Position numbers and translations under genes: made by a program. DNA of 64,000 nt. It comes from Syntrophales bacterium. Lineage in GTDB: Bacteria; Desulfobacterota; Syntrophia; Syntrophales; UBA2210. The stretch lies in NCBI GenBank assembly GCA_023230565.1, contig JALNXD010000002.1, forward strand, positions 16,366 through 80,365, in the 5' to 3' direction. Each line of letters opens with the position of its first letter. Positions within the stretch are counted from its first letter, which is position 1. The notes under the pieces were generated by a model, which saw only the letters and a program-made list of their open reading frames with translations, was not told the DNA's origin and searched no databases. Shown here piece after piece: positions 28,956 to 40,285 of the stretch.

Positions 28956-29117
28956 TTCAAGGAAAGAACCGATCAGTTCAAAAAATTTTTTCTGATGCTT
29001 TTTCAATGCTTGACAGAACTGATTTGATGTTTATTTTAAAGCTGCTGATTTATAAAAATAAAGGATTTTTCTTACCTTAATTAAAAACCATCTATAAGGA
29101 AAGGAGAGTAATGAAGT

Positions 29118-29408
29118 ATGAACATCAGACCTTTACATGACAGAATTCTTGTTCGACGCCTCGAGGAAGAAGAGAAGACAAAGGGTGGCATTATCATCCC
29201 TGACAGTGCCAAAGAAAAACCGATGGAAGGTGAAGTCATCGCAGTCGGAAACGGGAAAAGGACGGAAGACGGCAAACTGATCCAGTTGGATGTCAAGGCA
29301 GGTGACAGAGTGCTTTTCAGCAAATATGCGGGCACAGAAGTCAAAATTGAAGATGTGGAACACCTCATAATGAGGGAAGACGATATTCTCGGAATCATAG
29401 AAAAGTAA
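29118..29408 (+). CDS. groES: co-chaperonin GroES
   Basis: [14 protein letters not shown]...[13 protein letters not shown]...; 96 aa. Confidence 0.97.
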   Translation: MNIRPLHDRILVRRLEEEEKTKGGIIIPDSAKEKPMEGEVIAVGNGKRTEDGKLIQLDVKAGDRVLFSKYAGTEVKIEDVEHLIMREDDILGIIEK

Positions 29409-29417
29409 TAAATATAG

Positions 29418-31079
<1,662 letters not shown>

Positions 31080-31121
31080 CGGGACAGCTCCCGTAAATTC
31101 CTCGACTAATCCGGTAATCCT

Positions 31122-31165
31122 AAAGAGGCCTTTCATCCCTATAAGATGGAAGGCCTCTTTTTTTC
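31122..31165 (+). terminator. intrinsic terminator of groESL
   Basis: GAGGCCTTtCATC-loop-GATGgAAGGCCTC followed by TTTTTTT. Confidence 0.85.
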
Positions 31166-31338
31166 AAATGCCCGCCTATCCGATGGGGGTTGATTTCAAA
31201 ACACATTGAATCCCGAATTTTACCAATCATTGCTTTTTGCCGCGCCTCATTTTCAGGGGTTTACAAAAATATTGCCTCATTTGAATAATTTGTGTTATAC
31301 AGACCCGTTACATTATACAGGAAAATTAGGAGAAATCG

Positions 31339-34143
31339 ATGAACTATAAAGATACACTCAACCTTCCCAGAACCGGCTTTTCCATGAAAGCGAATTTAGC
31401 AATAAAAGAACCGGAGATGCTCGGGAAGTGGGAGTCTATAAATATCTATACGAAAATAAGAGAAACATTAAAAGGAAGAACACCTTTTATCCTTCATGAC
31501 GGCCCTCCCTATGCCAATGGTGACATCCATCTGGGAACGGCGCTCAACAAGATTATAAAAGATATCGTCATCAAATCCAAAAATATGTCAGGCTTCGACA
31601 GTGTATATGTCCCGGGATGGGACTGCCATGGACTGCCCATTGAGCATCAGGTAGATCAGAAGCTGGGAGATGAACGATTTACAATTTCACAGGCGGAAAA
31701 GAGACGTCTGTGCCGCGCCTATGCTGAAAGGTTTGTATCCATCCAGCGAAATGAATTCAAAAGGTTTGGCGTTTTTGGTGAGTGGAACAACCCTTACATC
31801 ACGATGGACTACGATTATGAGGCCACGACGATCGAAGAATTCGGCACGCTTCTGCTGGGCGGCAATGTATATAAAGGAAAAAAGCCCGTATATTGGTGCG
31901 CATCTTGCAAAACAGCCCTTGCAGAAGCCGAAATAGAATATGCGGACCATTCTACACCTTCCATATATGTCAAATTTCCGCTGGTTTCAGATATCTCATC
32001 TGTTATTCCTGCATTGACGAAAGAAAGAGTATCGGTTGTCATCTGGACGACGACTCCCTGGACGATTCCCGCAAATCTTGCAATTGCCCTGCATGAGGAT
32101 TTTGAATACGTCGCCGTAAAAGTTGAAGGAGAAGTTTTAATATTTGCAGAAGAACTGACGGATTACTGTCTGGATGCCTTCGGTTTAAGAGGAAAAGATA
32201 CTGAAATCCTGGCCACTTTTAAAGGATCCCTTCTTGAAGGACTGTCATGCCGACACCCTTTTATAGATCGGGAAAGCAGACTTATCGTCGCCCCATTTGT
32301 GACTCTCGATGCGGGAACCGGATGTGTGCATATTGCACCCGGTCATGGTCAGGAAGATTATGAAATCGGTTTAAAATACGATTTGGATGTATATGCTCCG
32401 GTAAATGATGAAGGCCGTTTTACCTCGGATGTAGATTTATTTGAGGGACAATTCGTTTTCGATGCGAATCAGGCTGTGATTGATACATTACAAGAGGTGG
32501 GTGCTCTTCTGGGACACATGGATATGGTACATCAATATCCCCACTGCTGGCGCTGCAAAAATCCGATTATATTCCGCTCTACAGAGCAATGGTTCATCTC
32601 CATGGAAAAAAATGCTCTACGCAAAAGAGCTCTCTCGGCAATTGACAGCGTGACATGGTTTCCCTCCTGGGGGCGTGATCGGATTTACGGCATGATCGAA
32701 AACAGACCCGATTGGTGTATCTCAAGACAAAGATCATGGGGGGTTCCGATTACCGTCTTTTATTGTGCAGGCTGCGGCCGGTATCTGGCAACTAAAGAAG
32801 TTGTCGACCATGTAGTCTCGCTCGTGCGTGCAAGCGGAGCCGATATCTGGTTTGAACGGGAATCGACAGATCTTCTGCCGCAGGGAACCGTCTGTCCGCA
32901 TTGCGGTAAAAATCAATTTCTAAAGGAGACCAATATACTTGACGTCTGGTTTGATTCAGGTGTCAGTCATGCCGCCGTACTTCAGAATTCTTCGAAATGG
33001 CCCGATCTTTCATGGCCGGCGGATCTTTACCTCGAAGGCAGCGATCAGCACCGCGGCTGGTTCCATTCATCTCTCCTCGAATCGGTCGCCTCCAGGGGTG
33101 TCGCCCCGTATCGGTCGGTTCTCACACATGGATTTGTGGTCGATGGAGAGGGGAAAAAGATGTCGAAATCGATGGGTAATTTTATCGATCCTCAGGAAAT
33201 GGTGGACCAATATGGCGCAGAGATCCTCCGCCTATGGGTGGCGGCAGAGGATTATACAATGGATATACGGATTTCGGAAGAAATCCTTAAACGGCTCGTG
33301 GAAGCGTACCGCCGAATCAGAAATACCAGCCGTTATATTCTCGGCAATCTCTATGATTTTGCTCCCGAAAAAGATTCGGTTTCTTATGATAATATGGAGC
33401 AACTGGACAAATGGATTCTCCACAGGCTCGCCGAAATCAACGGCCGCGTTCGCAAAGCGTATGATGATTACCAGTTTCATATCGTATATTATACCCTGTA
33501 TAATTTCTGCACAGTCGACCTCAGTTCCCTGTATCTGGACATTCTTAAGGACCGGCTTTATACTTCAAAGGCCGAATCGGCTGAAAGAAGATCTGCCCAG
33601 ACTGCAATGCACATTATCCTCGATTCGATGGTGCGTCTCCTGGCGCCGATTCTGACCTTTACGGCAGAAGAAATATGGGAATATCTCCCCCTTTATAAAA
33701 GCAAAGAAGAAAGTGTGCACATGGCGGAGTTTCCGAAGATTGGGTCACGCTATTTTGATGAAAATATCGGTGAGCAGTGGAAGACAATTTGGGCCGTCAG
33801 GGGAGAAATTTCAAAGGCTATAGAAAGAGCGCGCCGTGAAAAAATTATCGGACATTCACTGGACAGTCGCATCGAAATTTCGGCACCGGAAAACATTGAG
33901 AAACTGCTCGATAACCGTATGGATGAATTAGCGACATTATGCATTGTTTCCTCGGCAGACCTTACGCCTCTTGAAGAACTGCCGGATTCCTTCGAAAGCG
34001 CAGAAATAAGCGGACTGAGAATACGAGTCTCAAGGGCAGAAGGGAACAAGTGTGAACGCTGCTGGCATTATAGTGAAACAGTGGGAAGCGATGCAAAACA
34101 TCCGGGCATCTGCAGCCGTTGCCTTCAGAACCTCTCAATGTAA
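31339..34143 (+). CDS. ileS: isoleucine--tRNA ligase
   Basis: 934 aa. PPYANGDIHLGTALNK (HIGH region), KMSKSMGN (KMSKS), and a C-terminal Cys cluster CERCW...CSRC. Confidence 0.97.
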   Translation: MNYKDTLNLPRTGFSMKANLAIKEPEMLGKWESINIYTKIRETLKGRTPFILHDGPPYANGDIHLGTALNKIIKDIVIKSKNMSGFDSVYVPGWDCHGLPIEHQVDQKLGDERFTISQAEKRRLCRAYAERFVSIQRNEFKRFGVFGEWNNPYITMDYDYEATTIEEFGTLLLGGNVYKGKKPVYWCASCKTALAEAEIEYADHSTPSIYVKFPLVSDISSVIPALTKERVSVVIWTTTPWTIPANLAIALHEDFEYVAVKVEGEVLIFAEELTDYCLDAFGLRGKDTEILATFKGSLLEGLSCRHPFIDRESRLIVAPFVTLDAGTGCVHIAPGHGQEDYEIGLKYDLDVYAPVNDEGRFTSDVDLFEGQFVFDANQAVIDTLQEVGALLGHMDMVHQYPHCWRCKNPIIFRSTEQWFISMEKNALRKRALSAIDSVTWFPSWGRDRIYGMIENRPDWCISRQRSWGVPITVFYCAGCGRYLATKEVVDHVVSLVRASGADIWFERESTDLLPQGTVCPHCGKNQFLKETNILDVWFDSGVSHAAVLQNSSKWPDLSWPADLYLEGSDQHRGWFHSSLLESVASRGVAPYRSVLTHGFVVDGEGKKMSKSMGNFIDPQEMVDQYGAEILRLWVAAEDYTMDIRISEEILKRLVEAYRRIRNTSRYILGNLYDFAPEKDSVSYDNMEQLDKWILHRLAEINGRVRKAYDDYQFHIVYYTLYNFCTVDLSSLYLDILKDRLYTSKAESAERRSAQTAMHIILDSMVRLLAPILTFTAEEIWEYLPLYKSKEESVHMAEFPKIGSRYFDENIGEQWKTIWAVRGEISKAIERARREKIIGHSLDSRIEISAPENIEKLLDNRMDELATLCIVSSADLTPLEELPDSFESAEISGLRIRVSRAEGNKCERCWHYSETVGSDAKHPGICSRCLQNLSM

Positions 34144-34195
34144 TGAAGATAATGATTTCCGGTTCAGCATCAATTAGACGCGTGCAGAAAGTCTT

Positions 34196-34699
34196 ATGAA
34201 GAGAATTCGATTCACAAAGGAACACGCTGTATTTTTACCGGTGTCGCTTTTCGTCATAGTTTCAGACCAGGTAACAAAATTTCTAATTCGGGACTCCCTC
34301 GGCCTTTATGAAACGATTCCCGTTATAGAAGGGCTCTTCAATATTACCTATATCAGAAATCCTGGTGCTGCTTTCGGCTTTTTATCAGGCGCTTCCCCCT
34401 TTTTCCGTTCTCTCTTTCTGACCTTAATCACAGTCGCTGTTATTGCTCTTATTATTTATATTTTAGGAAAAAATGACAGGCAGGAGAGACTATTACACGT
34501 ATCTCTTTCACTTGTACTCGGCGGCGCCATCGGAAATCTGATAGATCGAATTGTTTTCGGTGAAGTAACTGATTTTATTGATTTATATATCGGTTCCGCT
34601 CATTGGCCGGCCTTCAATATCGCAGACATGGCTATTTCAGCAGGCGCATTCATGCTTATTTTTGAAATGATAAAAAAGGGCAGAAATCAACGCCGTTGA
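34196..34699 (+). CDS. lspA: lipoprotein signal peptidase II
   Basis: 167 aa with four hydrophobic segments. NPGAAFG and FNIADMAI motifs. It follows ileS as in the conserved ileS-lspA pair. Confidence 0.93.
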   Translation: MKRIRFTKEHAVFLPVSLFVIVSDQVTKFLIRDSLGLYETIPVIEGLFNITYIRNPGAAFGFLSGASPFFRSLFLTLITVAVIALIIYILGKNDRQERLLHVSLSLVLGGAIGNLIDRIVFGEVTDFIDLYIGSAHWPAFNIADMAISAGAFMLIFEMIKKGRNQRR

Positions 34700-34723
34700 G
34701 TTTTTTATCTGCGAAGTTACGCT

Positions 34724-35284
34724 TCAGGGCTTTTTTATTATTACATTTAAATATTTTTTACCCCATTTAAGGGCATCATCACGGTCGGGAAAAAATATAT
34801 CGATATGCTCACCTTTGATCGCCCTTCCGCGGTCATGCACTTCTCCCCAGCCGTAGCCCGGCACATACATTTTCGTGCCGAACGGATATTTCGGGTCAGC
34901 AGCTATTGTGCCTTTTCTTGCCTTTGTTCCATCCGCTGTGATCCCCACCCGCTTTCTTTTCCCTTTTAGTGGTCCGTACGCGTATACAGGCGGACCAAGA
35001 CACCAGTATTTCTTTTTCCAGCCGCATGATTCAGGACCGGCGTCATAGGCTGTCACAAGCATTCTCCTTACTTCACCTTCACCCGGTTCTGCTTTTATTT
35101 TTGGAAAAAAACAGCATCCTCCAAGGAGGATCAACGTATAAAAAGAAATGATCAAGATAGAAAAGCATTTTACAAAATTTTCTCTTTTATAACATTTGGG
35201 GGTCAGAGCAGTCGATCCAATCCTGAATAATGGAAACGATTCCGGTGCCGATGGAACTGATCTGAAAATTTGTTTAAAAATCAT
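34724..35284 (-). CDS. 3D-domain (MltA/RlpA-like double-psi beta-barrel) exported protein
   Basis: N-terminal hydrophobic/signal region, then TAYDAGPESCG...GITADGT...GTIAADPKYPFGTKMYVPGYG...VHDRGRAIKG.HIDIFF, typical of 3D domains. Confidence 0.7.
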   Translation of the reverse strand: MIFKQIFRSVPSAPESFPLFRIGSTALTPKCYKRENFVKCFSILIISFYTLILLGGCCFFPKIKAEPGEGEVRRMLVTAYDAGPESCGWKKKYWCLGPPVYAYGPLKGKRKRVGITADGTKARKGTIAADPKYPFGTKMYVPGYGWGEVHDRGRAIKGEHIDIFFPDRDDALKWGKKYLNVIIKKP

Positions 35285-35298
35285 TAATACTCCTCTTT

Positions 35299-36339
35299 TT
35301 AAACCTCCGTCACTCTCGATAGGTATTCAGCCTTAAGGTGTCGATACATATTCATAAGAGCATTATTTGAGACTACGGCAAAGGACGTACTTACCATGAT
35401 TTTCTTTACTTCATTTCGGCTTATTTTTATTTTATGGCCGTCAAGCAGATCTTCATTCTGCTCATTAAGCTTTATCAAGGTCTTAATAGCCATAAATAAG
35501 GGCCAAAGGCAAAAAAGGCGGTATCTTACGCATGCTCTTGGAATATCCAGGGTATAGAATAATGCCTCGTCAAGATTTTCAAGAGCCAAATTCGTGAGAC
35601 GTTTGAAAATCCTCATGCATACTACCCGGTTTGATTTGATTTCATTTAAGTTTAGTGTTATTCCTTCCGCTTCAAAATAACTCTTTGGTACATAACACCA
35701 TCCCCGTCTTAAATCCGGGAAGAAATCTTTTGAAATATTCGTAAGCTGAAGCCCAATTCCAAACTTCACACTTCGTGATATCAATCTTTCTTCTATTTTT
35801 TCAGTAATGCGCGGCGCACCTTTGGAAAAAATCGATGTAATCATCAGCCCGACTGTTCCTGCCACATAATAGCAATAATGCTTCAGCTCCTCTTCCGTAT
35901 TCAGACATACAATGCTTCCTTCAGATGTTTTTTTCTGAAAATCAGCCATTCCGAGAGCCATTTCCTTCACATATTCCGATATAATATCTACATACCCAAC
36001 GGGCAGATCAAGAAGCTCCCTGAAGACGCGCGGCATATCACCTACAAGGACCGAATCATCGCAGACAGTACCGAAAGATACACTCTCCACAAAACTTCGA
36101 GTACGGGCATCCCACCCGGAGGACGGTGGGAAAAGACCGGCAAATGTGTTGAGATGCCCGATCTTTTTTTCTGCGGGTAATAATGGATCGTCTTCAAGGG
36201 TATCTGCAATTCGGCATAAAAGATATGCGATAAGAAGCGCCCGGTATACATCGCCTCTGAGAACCTGAATATTGATTGCAAATGTTCTTGAAACCTTAGC
36301 AAGGTGTTGTTCACATATTTTCAAGTCGTCGCCCTTCAT
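35299..36339 (-). CDS. squalene/phytoene synthase family protein
   Basis: VSRTFAINIQVL...CRIADTLEDD (first Asp-rich motif) and YCYYVAGTVG, typical of trans-isoprenyl diphosphate synthase head-to-head enzymes. Confidence 0.75.
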   Translation of the reverse strand: MKGDDLKICEQHLAKVSRTFAINIQVLRGDVYRALLIAYLLCRIADTLEDDPLLPAEKKIGHLNTFAGLFPPSSGWDARTRSFVESVSFGTVCDDSVLVGDMPRVFRELLDLPVGYVDIISEYVKEMALGMADFQKKTSEGSIVCLNTEEELKHYCYYVAGTVGLMITSIFSKGAPRITEKIEERLISRSVKFGIGLQLTNISKDFFPDLRRGWCYVPKSYFEAEGITLNLNEIKSNRVVCMRIFKRLTNLALENLDEALFYTLDIPRACVRYRLFCLWPLFMAIKTLIKLNEQNEDLLDGHKIKISRNEVKKIMVSTSFAVVSNNALMNMYRHLKAEYLSRVTEV

Positions 36340-36461
36340 GAATGCACATTCCTCTGCCTTTCACCAATATTCAGGACGTACTGTAAATAAATATTAGCGC
36401 TTATGTCAAAATTTTTATTGGAATTATAGGGAAAAGAAAATAAATAGAAAACAGGCGCACA

Positions 36462-36492
36462 CAAAAAGAAAGGGAGGCTTTAAAAGCCTCCC
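36462..36492 (-). terminator. intrinsic terminator ending the candidate sRNA
   Basis: Minus strand reads GGGAGGCTT-tta-AAGCCTCCC followed by TTTCTTTTTGT. No U-tract follows on the plus strand, so it is oriented for minus-strand transcripts. Confidence 0.78.
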
Positions 36493-36675
36493 TTACAAGG
36501 GGGGTTACCAACCAATGTTTTAACCCGTATCGGATAAACCGAACTTTCAACTGGTTGATTTAACTCAAATATTACCCTCGCACTCTCATTCCACTCACTG
36601 CACCATCCGAGGGTTTTAAACAATCGGTCGGTTCAAAGGTTTAAACCAGAAAATAGGAGGGATTTTCCGGTTCGA
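36462..36675 (-). ncRNA. candidate sigma54-dependent small RNA (~210 nt), unclassified
   Basis: It is bounded by the sigma54 promoter (36686-36701) and the terminator (36462-36492). No minus-strand ORF is present. A 5' hairpin AACCGGAAAAU[CCCUCCU]AUUUUCUGGUU lies at 36644-36672. Internal stems are ACCCUCG/CGAGGGU, GAACCGA/UCGGUU and GGGUUA/UAACCC. It is antisense to the porin leader at 13024-13059. Confidence 0.5.
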
Positions 36676-36685
36676 TATTGTCTAA

Positions 36686-36701
36686 AGCATTATTTATGCC
36701 A
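36686..36701 (-). promoter_or_regulatory. sigma54 (-24/-12) promoter
   Basis: Minus strand reads TGGCAT-AAATA-ATGCT against the consensus TGGCAC-N5-TTGCW. The canonical GG-N10-GC spacing is preserved. Confidence 0.55.
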
Positions 36702-36859
36702 AAATGCAATTTTATCCAAGTTATCCTAATGTCTTCAGAATCTCCGGCCCCGCATAAAAGATTATTTCTTCACAAGGAAAAAAATGTCGAGACGGATCTG
36801 ATTCAGTGTAATATCAGTAATAATTTCAATGTGTATCGGTTTGTCATATTTTTCACCCA

Positions 36860-36877
36860 TTCGACAAAATTGTCGAA
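36860..36877. promoter_or_regulatory. perfect 18-bp palindrome, candidate enhancer/operator site
   Basis: TTCGACAA-AA-TTGTCGAA. It is centred about 190 bp upstream of the predicted sigma54 start and about 260 bp upstream of the divergent kinase gene. An extra TGTCGA half-site lies at 36785-36790. Confidence 0.4.
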
Positions 36878-37129
36878 ATTCGTTTCCGGACTCACATTTT
36901 CCGTTTAACATAATTTCTTGTATTCAAAGGAACAGTGCGATATGTTGGCTCAAAAAGACTGAATATGTCAAGCAGTTAAATACTTGGCATATACCGTTTC
37001 CGATCTGCCGGATACCGGAAATTATATGTACGTTTCATGAGAGCTTCTGAATTCAATGTTTCTCGTTTTTAAAAGATCGGCGTACCTATACCGGGAACAA
37101 GGAATTAAAAAGTTGAATCTGAGGTGATA

Positions 37130-38899
37130 ATGGAGCGAACAAAGCTTTCAAAATACATCATGCCCCTTACATTGTTTTTGGTGGTTGCAGTATTCATTGT
37201 GCTTATTTTGATCATGGGCTTCATGGATCTGCGAAGGCTTGACAGTACGCTGGTTGGATTCATGCAAAACAGAGGGCTTGACATAGTAAAAACAATTGAA
37301 AACGTGGCACAGGAAGATCTTGATTTTCTCCGTCTCACTCTTAAGGAGAACAGGAGCGAGCGCAGAATTTCGCCTATTCCTCTCTCGGATAAGGAATTTT
37401 CGATACAGGAATCCCTTGTAAAGGCCCTGGTTGACGTGGCGCGGGCAATTGACCTTAAATGGCACCAAAAAGATCTTTCGGAACAATCCCTTAAAGAAAT
37501 TGCTGCACTGGAAAAGTTGTCAATAATAGCAATATTTGATGAGCAGGGAGAAATTGTTCTTCAGAATAGAAAGTTCGATGAATCTTTCGCGGAAAAATCG
37601 GATTCAATGAAATCGGCTCAGGAAAAGATCATGATCGATCTTTTTGACCGTTTGGGGAATCTCGGTGAAATGGGCTATATTGCCCTTAAAAGGAAAGACG
37701 GCAGCGGAACCATTCTGATTGCACTTGATGCAGAGAAACTTAAATACTGGGGAACAAAAATAGCTGTTATCAAAGTAATAGAAGAAATAGGATGGGAGCA
37801 GGAGCTCGCCTATTTAACTGTCGCAGATAATGATGGGAAAGTGCTCGGCACTGTAGGGAAATTACCACAAGAACACCAAGAACGATCACGTATTGTGACT
37901 GATGAGATACTGTCGGGGCGGCTTGATATATTAAGCCGCAAACTAAGACATAAGGATGCGGATTTTCTTGATATCATCGCTCCGCTTCATCTCGATAGCT
38001 CTGTTATAGGGTATGCGCGTTTAGGTTTAAAGTGGGATCGGGCCCGGGCAATACTTGCAGAAAACAGAAACAGAATGATAATCAGCACAATTCTGATTAT
38101 ATTGATCGGAATTATGTCAATTACAGCCCTTTATCAAAATCAAAGCAGACATTTGGCAAGAATGGATGAAATGGAAAAGAAGCTCCGTCGAGCTGAGAGA
38201 CTTTCCGCGCTTGGCCAGCTTGCTGCCGGTGTAGCCCACGAGATCAGGAATCCCCTAAATGCCGTAAGCATTGCGAGTCAGAGACTACAGAGAGAATATG
38301 CCCCCGCAAATGAAGAGGAAAAGAAAGAATTCTACCGTATAACTGGCATTATTCGTGAAGAAATCAGGCGTCTCAACAATATTATCGAAGAGTTTGTAAC
38401 TTTTTTCCGGATAAGGAAAATGGAACTGAAGAGCCATCCCCTTGAGGAAGTCATATTGAAAATAGCAAATCTAGTAGAAGGGGAATTTAAATCCAGGAAT
38501 ATTGACTTGAAAACATATCTGAACGGTCATAATTTGCGAGTAATGATGGATTCTGATAAATTGACGCAGGCCTTCCATAATTTACTAAAAAATGCGATGG
38601 AATCGATACCCGCATCAGGCATAATTTCCATTTCCGTGGATCCTGTCAATGGCGACCGGCTGGCAGTGAGAATTTCCGATACCGGGACAGGGCTGACGGA
38701 AGAAGAAATTGAACAGATATTCAATCCCGAATATACCACCAAAGAAAAAGGTCTCGGTTTGGGTCTGACGCTTGCACATGAAATTATTCAAAGTCATAAA
38801 GGCGAAATATCCGTGACAAGCCGAAAAGGTTCGGGAACGACATTTGAGATCATCTTACCCAGAGATCATGAAGATTCGAAAGAATTTCAGGAAAGTTAA
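37130..38899 (+). CDS. sensor histidine kinase (two TM helices flanking a ~280-aa extracytoplasmic domain; HisKA + HATPase_c)
   Basis: TM1 LTLFLVVAVFIVLILIMGF and TM2 MIISTILIILIGIMSITALY. H-box AAGVAHEIRNPLNAV. N and G boxes (NLLKNAMES, DTGTGL, GLGLGL). The ATG at 37130 with upstream GAGG is preferred over the GTG at 37124. Confidence 0.88.
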   Translation: MERTKLSKYIMPLTLFLVVAVFIVLILIMGFMDLRRLDSTLVGFMQNRGLDIVKTIENVAQEDLDFLRLTLKENRSERRISPIPLSDKEFSIQESLVKALVDVARAIDLKWHQKDLSEQSLKEIAALEKLSIIAIFDEQGEIVLQNRKFDESFAEKSDSMKSAQEKIMIDLFDRLGNLGEMGYIALKRKDGSGTILIALDAEKLKYWGTKIAVIKVIEEIGWEQELAYLTVADNDGKVLGTVGKLPQEHQERSRIVTDEILSGRLDILSRKLRHKDADFLDIIAPLHLDSSVIGYARLGLKWDRARAILAENRNRMIISTILIILIGIMSITALYQNQSRHLARMDEMEKKLRRAERLSALGQLAAGVAHEIRNPLNAVSIASQRLQREYAPANEEEKKEFYRITGIIREEIRRLNNIIEEFVTFFRIRKMELKSHPLEEVILKIANLVEGEFKSRNIDLKTYLNGHNLRVMMDSDKLTQAFHNLLKNAMESIPASGIISISVDPVNGDRLAVRISDTGTGLTEEEIEQIFNPEYTTKEKGLGLGLTLAHEIIQSHKGEISVTSRKGSGTTFEIILPRDHEDSKEFQES

Positions 38900-38901
38900 C
38901 C

Positions 38902-40263
38902 ATGAAATCATTGAATATACTTGTCGTCGAAGATGGGCAATCGCAAAGGGAAATGCTTAGAGATTTCCTTGTGAAGGAGGGTCATCTTATACGCGAAGCT
39001 GATACAGGCACCAAGGCTTTACAGGAAGTTCTTGAAGGACATTTCGATTTGGTTCTTCTCGATTACAAAATGCCTGGAATGAATGGACTCGAAACGCTGA
39101 AGAAAATCAGGGAAATAAACCCCGAAATCGATATTGTTATGATGACGGCCTACGGAACGATTGAAACAGCCGTGGAAGCAATGAAGAACGGTGCCGTCGA
39201 CTACATAACCAAACCGATAGACCTGGATGAACTTATCATTTTGATAGACAGGATCTCGGAGCGCCGCATACTTATAAAAGAAAACGAGATCCTCCGGCAC
39301 AAGCTCTGGAAAAAAGGTATGAAAAGTTCACAGATAATTTACCAGAGCTCAAAAATGGAACAACTTATCAATATGGCAGGCCGAGTTGCCGACAGTAAAG
39401 CAACTGTTCTTATTGAAGGAGAAAGCGGCACCGGAAAAGAACTTTTCGCCCGCCTTATTCACACTATGAGTCCCCGGTCCGAGAATCCCATGATGGTAGT
39501 TAATTGCGGCGCTCTTCCTGAAACGCTGCTTGAAAGCGAACTTTTTGGACATGAGAAAGGCGCCTTTACCGGCGCTACGGGCAGAAGAATCGGACGGTTT
39601 GAAGAAGCTGACGGAGGAACCCTTTTTCTGGATGAAATTGGAGAGCTTTCTTCCCCGGTTCAGGTCAAATTGTTAAGATTTCTCCAGGAAAAAGAATTTC
39701 AGAGACTTGGAGGCAATCAGACACTTAAATCGGATGTAAGAATTATCAGTGCCACGAATCGCAATCTCGAAGAGCAGATGAGAAGGGGACTTTTCAGAGA
39801 TGACCTTTATTATCGGTTGAATGTAGTGGTAATGAAAATTCCACCGCTCCGGGAAAGAAAAGAAGATATTCCTCTTTTAATTCAGCATTTTATAAATGTA
39901 TTTGCCCTCGAAAACAAGAAGGACATTAAAGGTGCAAGCCGGGAGGCACTCGATATGCTGTTGAAGTATGAATATCCTGGCAATGTGAGGGAGCTGGAAA
40001 ATATTATCGAAAGAGCTGCAGTCATCACGAGAGATTCTGTGATTTCAATCCGTGATCTTCCTTTCAGAGACGAATCCGATCATGGTATGGGCGAATCAAA
40101 AAGACATGGCAGCCTTATGAAAGATTCCGTTGAAACACTGGAATGTCAACTGATTGAACAAGCCCTTGGAGAAGCGGGTCAAAACCAGACAAAGGCAGCC
40201 GACCTTCTCGGAATCACGGAAAGAACCCTTCGATACAAGATAAAAAAATACGGACTGAAATAA
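38902..40263 (+). CDS. sigma54-dependent response regulator (NtrC-family bacterial enhancer-binding protein)
   Basis: REC domain ([13 protein letters not shown]). AAA+ domain with GESGTGKE, the sigma54-contacting GAFTGA loop, and DEIGEL. C-terminal Fis-type HTH ([24 protein letters not shown]). Confidence 0.93.
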   Translation: MKSLNILVVEDGQSQREMLRDFLVKEGHLIREADTGTKALQEVLEGHFDLVLLDYKMPGMNGLETLKKIREINPEIDIVMMTAYGTIETAVEAMKNGAVDYITKPIDLDELIILIDRISERRILIKENEILRHKLWKKGMKSSQIIYQSSKMEQLINMAGRVADSKATVLIEGESGTGKELFARLIHTMSPRSENPMMVVNCGALPETLLESELFGHEKGAFTGATGRRIGRFEEADGGTLFLDEIGELSSPVQVKLLRFLQEKEFQRLGGNQTLKSDVRIISATNRNLEEQMRRGLFRDDLYYRLNVVVMKIPPLRERKEDIPLLIQHFINVFALENKKDIKGASREALDMLLKYEYPGNVRELENIIERAAVITRDSVISIRDLPFRDESDHGMGESKRHGSLMKDSVETLECQLIEQALGEAGQNQTKAADLLGITERTLRYKIKKYGLK

Positions 40264-40285
40264 ATCAATACTTCAAAGCTTTCTT

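Noticed and set aside
28956-29117. I looked for a CIRCE element (TTAGCACTC-N9-GAGTGCTAA) or a sigma32-type promoter upstream of groES.
   Set aside because: No CIRCE-like inverted repeat is present. CTTGACA at 29009 has only a poor match to a -10 CCCCAT box at the right distance. No regulatory call is made.
36678-37050. Plus-strand ORFs (76 aa and 73 aa) in the large intergenic region; the first lies downstream of an AGGAGGG.
   Set aside because: The AGGAGGG is 16 nt from a TTG start, which is too far. The translations are Phe/Asn/Ile-rich with no motif. The hairpin, U-tract and -24/-12 promoter all point to minus-strand, non-coding expression. The second ORF overlaps the upstream region of the kinase operon.
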